A DNA stretch of 64,000 nt, taken from contig NW_025765447.1 of the NCBI RefSeq assembly GCF_003918875.1, positions 682,001 to 746,000 on the forward strand, given 5' to 3'. This DNA is from Haliotis rubra (lineage: Eukaryota). Below the pieces are notes generated by a model. That model saw only the letters and a program-made list of their open reading frames with translations. It did not search any database and was not told the DNA's origin. The position numbers and the translations under genes were made by a program. Below, in pieces: positions 60,204 through 64,000 of the stretch. How positions within the stretch are numbered: position 1 is the first letter of the stretch; every line of letters starts with the position of its first letter.

Positions 60204-62629
60204 GTTGGTGTGCATTGTGACTTACTAGGATAGCCTGATCAAACATGGATTAAACTGCGACTAATCTTTACTATTCCATGACTATTTTTCTTGTCATATG
60301 ACTTGACATGTCAGCACTTTGCATACACTTGGTGTGCGTGAGCAAAGCAATCCAAACAGCATATCTGATTTCTGTATTATGAAAACGATATTGATTGGCC
60401 TGTTCCCAATGTAAATGATAAAGGTCGTGAAGTTGTATTGTTGTGTATATAGTCTGTTGTTTCTGAGTGCCATTATATCCCAACTCATGGAATGTTTACT
60501 GCACTCAGTAGTTTGATTAGCTGGGGGCAGTGGGGAAGCCCAGTGGTTAAAGCGTTTGCATGTCATGCGAAAGCCCGGGTTTGATTCCCCACATGGGTAC
60601 AATGTGTGAAGCCCATTTCTTGTCTCTCATGCCATGATATTGCTGGAATATTGCTAAAAGCGGCGTAAAACTAAACTCACTAACTCAGTAGTCACTTGAT
60701 AATGTTACCACACATAGCCCTGAAACATTATCACAAACAATAAACAAGATGACCATAAAAGGTTATTGTCTTGATAGACGTTGTGATCTGTGATCTTGCT
60801 TTGACAGAGTGGTGAGGTGGTTGCCTTGAAGAAAGTCCCTCTGCGGAATCTTGATGATGGAATTCCAAACACAGCACTGAGGTAAGTTTTCTGTTTCATA
60901 TAATTTTGTCTTTATCACACACAGATATAGACAGCATGTCTCAGCTTTAATTTCATGTGAGCATTCAAGACTCATCACCTGCAACACAAGCAATGTAATT
61001 GTCAGGGAAGTCAGCCCAGTGTCCTCTTTCAGTCCCTATTTCAAAACTAAAGATATTCAGGTGAGCTACAAATACTCACTGCTAGTATATTTTCAAATAA
61101 ACAGCCAGAAAGTAGTGACTTCAGTTTTCAGGATTTTTGACTGCATAAATATGTTTTGAGTTGTCCAACTATAAGTAAAGTTTGAAAGGTATCAAACATA
61201 TATAAGATTTAAGACAATTACTAGGTGATTCTTTCTGTCAGAGACACCTTATTTTATTCAGACAATGTATAAATACCTGTAAGACAAATTTTCTCATCTG
61301 AACTGAATTTTTTTTGTTGGAGATTATTCGGATGTTTATTTTTATTGCTTCATGGTTTCAGAGAAATCAAGGCTCTACAAGAGATAGAAGATAATCCATA
61401 TGTAAGTGATGTCTTGTTCAGTCAATATTCTGGGCAGCAGTTACGCCATCTCTGTAACCGGGCTCCTAGCTATATATGCTCTGCATCTGTGTGATAAAAA
61501 CAATTATCTTACCCTCATGTGAAATACTGTAATTTCATTGGTCAATGATGCTTTAACAAGTTTTGGTGTCACCCCTCCAAGGAGGGTTACAACTGGAAAA
61601 AATATTACCCGCTGCCACGGTAACCGCCAAACTCTCCACCGAGAAGCTGGATAGCTAACAATTGTATGGCGTCATAATATGACACATGCGTGGAGTTCGA
61701 AAACCGAAAACTGTTTTTGAGTTCACTGTGTACACATGTATTATACCGACTTTCATTGCTCTATTTAAACTATTTTATACTTTGAATCGTTTGCACACTC
61801 AACTTAAACATAATTAACCCTTTTTGTAGCAGTTTTAAGCTTGTCGAATATGTTTCACTGATGTTTAAAATTCAGTCGAGAGGCAGACACCATTTTGTTT
61901 ACATGTCATACAGTCAGAGTGAGTGAGTGAGTTTAGTTTTACGCCGCACTCAGCAATATCCCAGCTATATGGCGGCGGTCCATACAGTCAGAAGTGAGCG
62001 TAGCGATCTTCAAAATAAAATAAAATAATGTTTTTTACATTTAACATGGCGGTAAGATAAATATGTTGTAAAGTTCTCCCTCGGGTAATACGGTCTGATG
62101 TACGCCTCTTTGTAGCAGTGTTATCCCTCGGCTACCGGCTTGGGTGACACTGCTACAAAGAAGCATACATCAGTCCGTATTACCCTCGAGAGAAGCATAC
62201 AACTTATAATATATTGTGTATCTATTTGGGAATACCCATTTAACGCCCAAGCAGAAATGAGCTGCCAGGTTGCCAGATCTATGGATGATGAAGTAGACAG
62301 TGATGATGTAGTTGATGAAGTAGACAATGTTGGAAATAATGATGTAGATGATTGTAGGGACAGTGATGTAGAAGATTGTATGAACAATTTGATGATGATG
62401 ATGATGATGATGATGATATACTTCTTCCTCATCCCTCCAGACGGTGAAGCTGCGGGAGGTGTTTCCCCATGGGACGGTAATCGTGTTGGTGTTTGAGTAC
62501 ATGCTGTCCGATCTGTCCGAGGTGGTGCGGAACTCGGAAAAACCTCTCTCAGAAGCCCAGGTGAAGTCCTTCATGCTGATGTTGCTGAAAGGGGTGGCCT
62601 TCTGCCACGAAAACAACATCATGCATCGG
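60129..62629 (+). CDS. CDK20: Cyclin-dependent kinase 20 (CCRK), 5' part only (coding exons 1-4; gene continues beyond the window)
   Basis: Exons 60129-60203, 60808-60881, 61362-61401, 62441-62629 give MEQYTILGRIGEGAHGIVLKAKHTE-SGEVVALKKVPLRNLDDGIPNTALR-EIKALQEIEDNPY-TVKLREVFPHG...LLKGVAFCHENNIMHR. GEGAHG loop and PNxALRE helix are CDK20-type. Confidence 0.93.
60808..60881 (+). CDS. CDK20: CDK20 coding exon 2
   Basis: SGEVVALKKVPLRNLDDGIPNTAL; gtaag donor. Confidence 0.92.
61362..61401 (+). CDS. CDK20: CDK20 coding exon 3
   Basis: EIKALQEIEDNPY; gtaag donor. Confidence 0.9.
61504..62203. mobile_element. Non-autonomous element: offset inverted repeat plus long hairpin
   Basis: ttatcttacc (61504-61513) / ggtaagataa (62051-62060), then hairpin 62065-62203. 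Confidence 0.55.
62284..62418. repeat. (GAT)n-rich repeat
   Basis: Direct reading. Confidence 0.85.
62441..62629 (+). CDS. CDK20: CDK20 coding exon 4
   Basis: TVKLREVFPHG...NNIMHR; gtaggt donor. Confidence 0.93.
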
Positions 62630-62702
62630 GTAGGTTTATCAGCATCTGCAATAGGCTGTCATCTAATGGCTTGATGTTCATGCTGTTGAAGATGATGTAG
62701 GC

Positions 62703-62942
62703 CAGGGGTGGAAATAACTTTAAAATTGATAGTGTACTCCGGTACAGTGGCACATGTAAAGTCACTTGCCCTGACAATTTTTCCACTATACCGACCGTTT
62801 TCTTGCTGATTTTTTAAATAAACAACATAATTAACATTGGAAAGTCAACTGGACACCGGTACAGTGTGAAATACAAATTTGCTTGCCCGACAGACGAAAA
62901 CACTAGACTCGGACGTCGGGCAATGGGTTATTTCCACCCCTG
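62703..62942. mobile_element. MITE with 16-bp TIR and 5-bp TSD
   Basis: CAGGGGTGGAAATAAC / GTTATTTCCACCCCTG flanked by taggc on both sides. Confidence 0.8.
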
Positions 62943-64000
62943 TAGGCCAAAGAATGTTCTCCAAAAAATTGTGTTCCACATATTGCTGAAGTTGGCATCC
63001 ATAAATTTCACCCTAACGTGTATCACTTCAAAATGCCACTCAAAGACTGGTTGTTTTAGAACACCTCGAATATTTCTGCCTGAGGGAAGGCTAATCTTTA
63101 TTTATGAAAATAGCATCAATACTTTTTTGGACATATTGACACAAAATACCTCAGTTGTTTGAAATACAGTATTGCCAAGAGCGGTATCTGGTTGTCCTTA
63201 GTTTGAATTTTGTCTTATTTTATTCCCACTAATTAGACTGCTACTACCAGGGAGTCGGATGACATCCACACTTCCATGTTGCTCACTGCTAATGTTGTGT
63301 GTCGTAAGAGGCGACTAACGGGATCGGGTGGTCAGGCTCCCTGGCTTGGTTGACACATGTCATCGGTTCCCACATGCGCACATCGATGCTCTTGCTGTTA
63401 ATCACTGGATTGTCTGGTCCAGACTGGATTATTTACAGACTGCCGCCATGTAGCTGGAATAATGCTGAGTGCAGCGTAAAACTAAACTCACTCACTCCCA
63501 GATAATCCAGTGAGTGAGTGAGTGAGTTTAGTTTTACGCCATACTCAGCAATATTCCAGCTATATAGCAGCGGTCTGTAAAAAATGGAGTCTGGACCAGA
63601 CAATCCAGTGATCAACAGCATGAGCATCGATCTGCGCAATTGGGAAGATAATCCAGTGATCAACAGCACGAGCATCTATCTATATAATTGGAATATGATG
63701 ACAACTGTCAGTGAGTCTGACCACCCTATCCCAGTCTCTGATCAGACAATCCTGAGATTCACATCATTAGCCTCTATTCATGCCATTAGCCATAATGGCA
63801 CACCATCAAACAAGTCACATAGATTAACCACTCTATCCAGTTCTAACCCACAATACAGACAGGAAACCTTTTCACAATGTCATTTCCTCATTCATAAACT
63901 AATAAAACTTTTGCCACAATGTCGTTCATTAGGCTCAGGGTTGATGTTTTGAACTGAACATGCCATTAGAGGAGATCGGATGAGTGGATGGGCACACATG

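Noticed and set aside
62121-62622. ORFs 62140-62496 (+) and 62170-62622 (-)
   Set aside because: Products of the GAT repeat and antisense or out-of-frame shadows of CDK20 exon 4.

Overview
Eukaryotic (invertebrate, probably molluscan) genomic DNA with three assembly gaps; species not determinable from sequence alone. Four protein-coding genes were reconstructed by hand from GT-AG splice sites and reading-frame phase. (1) A KLF15-like Kruppel-like factor on the minus strand, with its whole CDS in one exon (692-1684). (2) A complete 12-exon DALRD3 on the plus strand (25027-41278, about 572 aa). (3) A 12-exon, about 1171-aa low-complexity orphan gene on the minus strand (44098-56364), convergent with DALRD3 and divergent from (4) the first four coding exons of CDK20/CCRK (60129 onward, runs off the window). 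Non-coding DNA is dense with three SINE-like families sharing a 3' tail, non-autonomous DNA transposons (Tc1/mariner, hAT, PIF/Harbinger, Kolobok types), Penelope-like remnants and minisatellites. Most notable: SINE family B has no tRNA head and instead starts at a fixed 5' end with a compact nested-pseudoknot fold (candidate unclassified ribozyme or structured RNA); a minimal Penelope-type hammerhead ribozyme lies sense-oriented in an intron of the orphan gene; two SINE insertions duplicated DALRD3 splice sites; and a 1-kb satellite appears to derive from a SINE tail.
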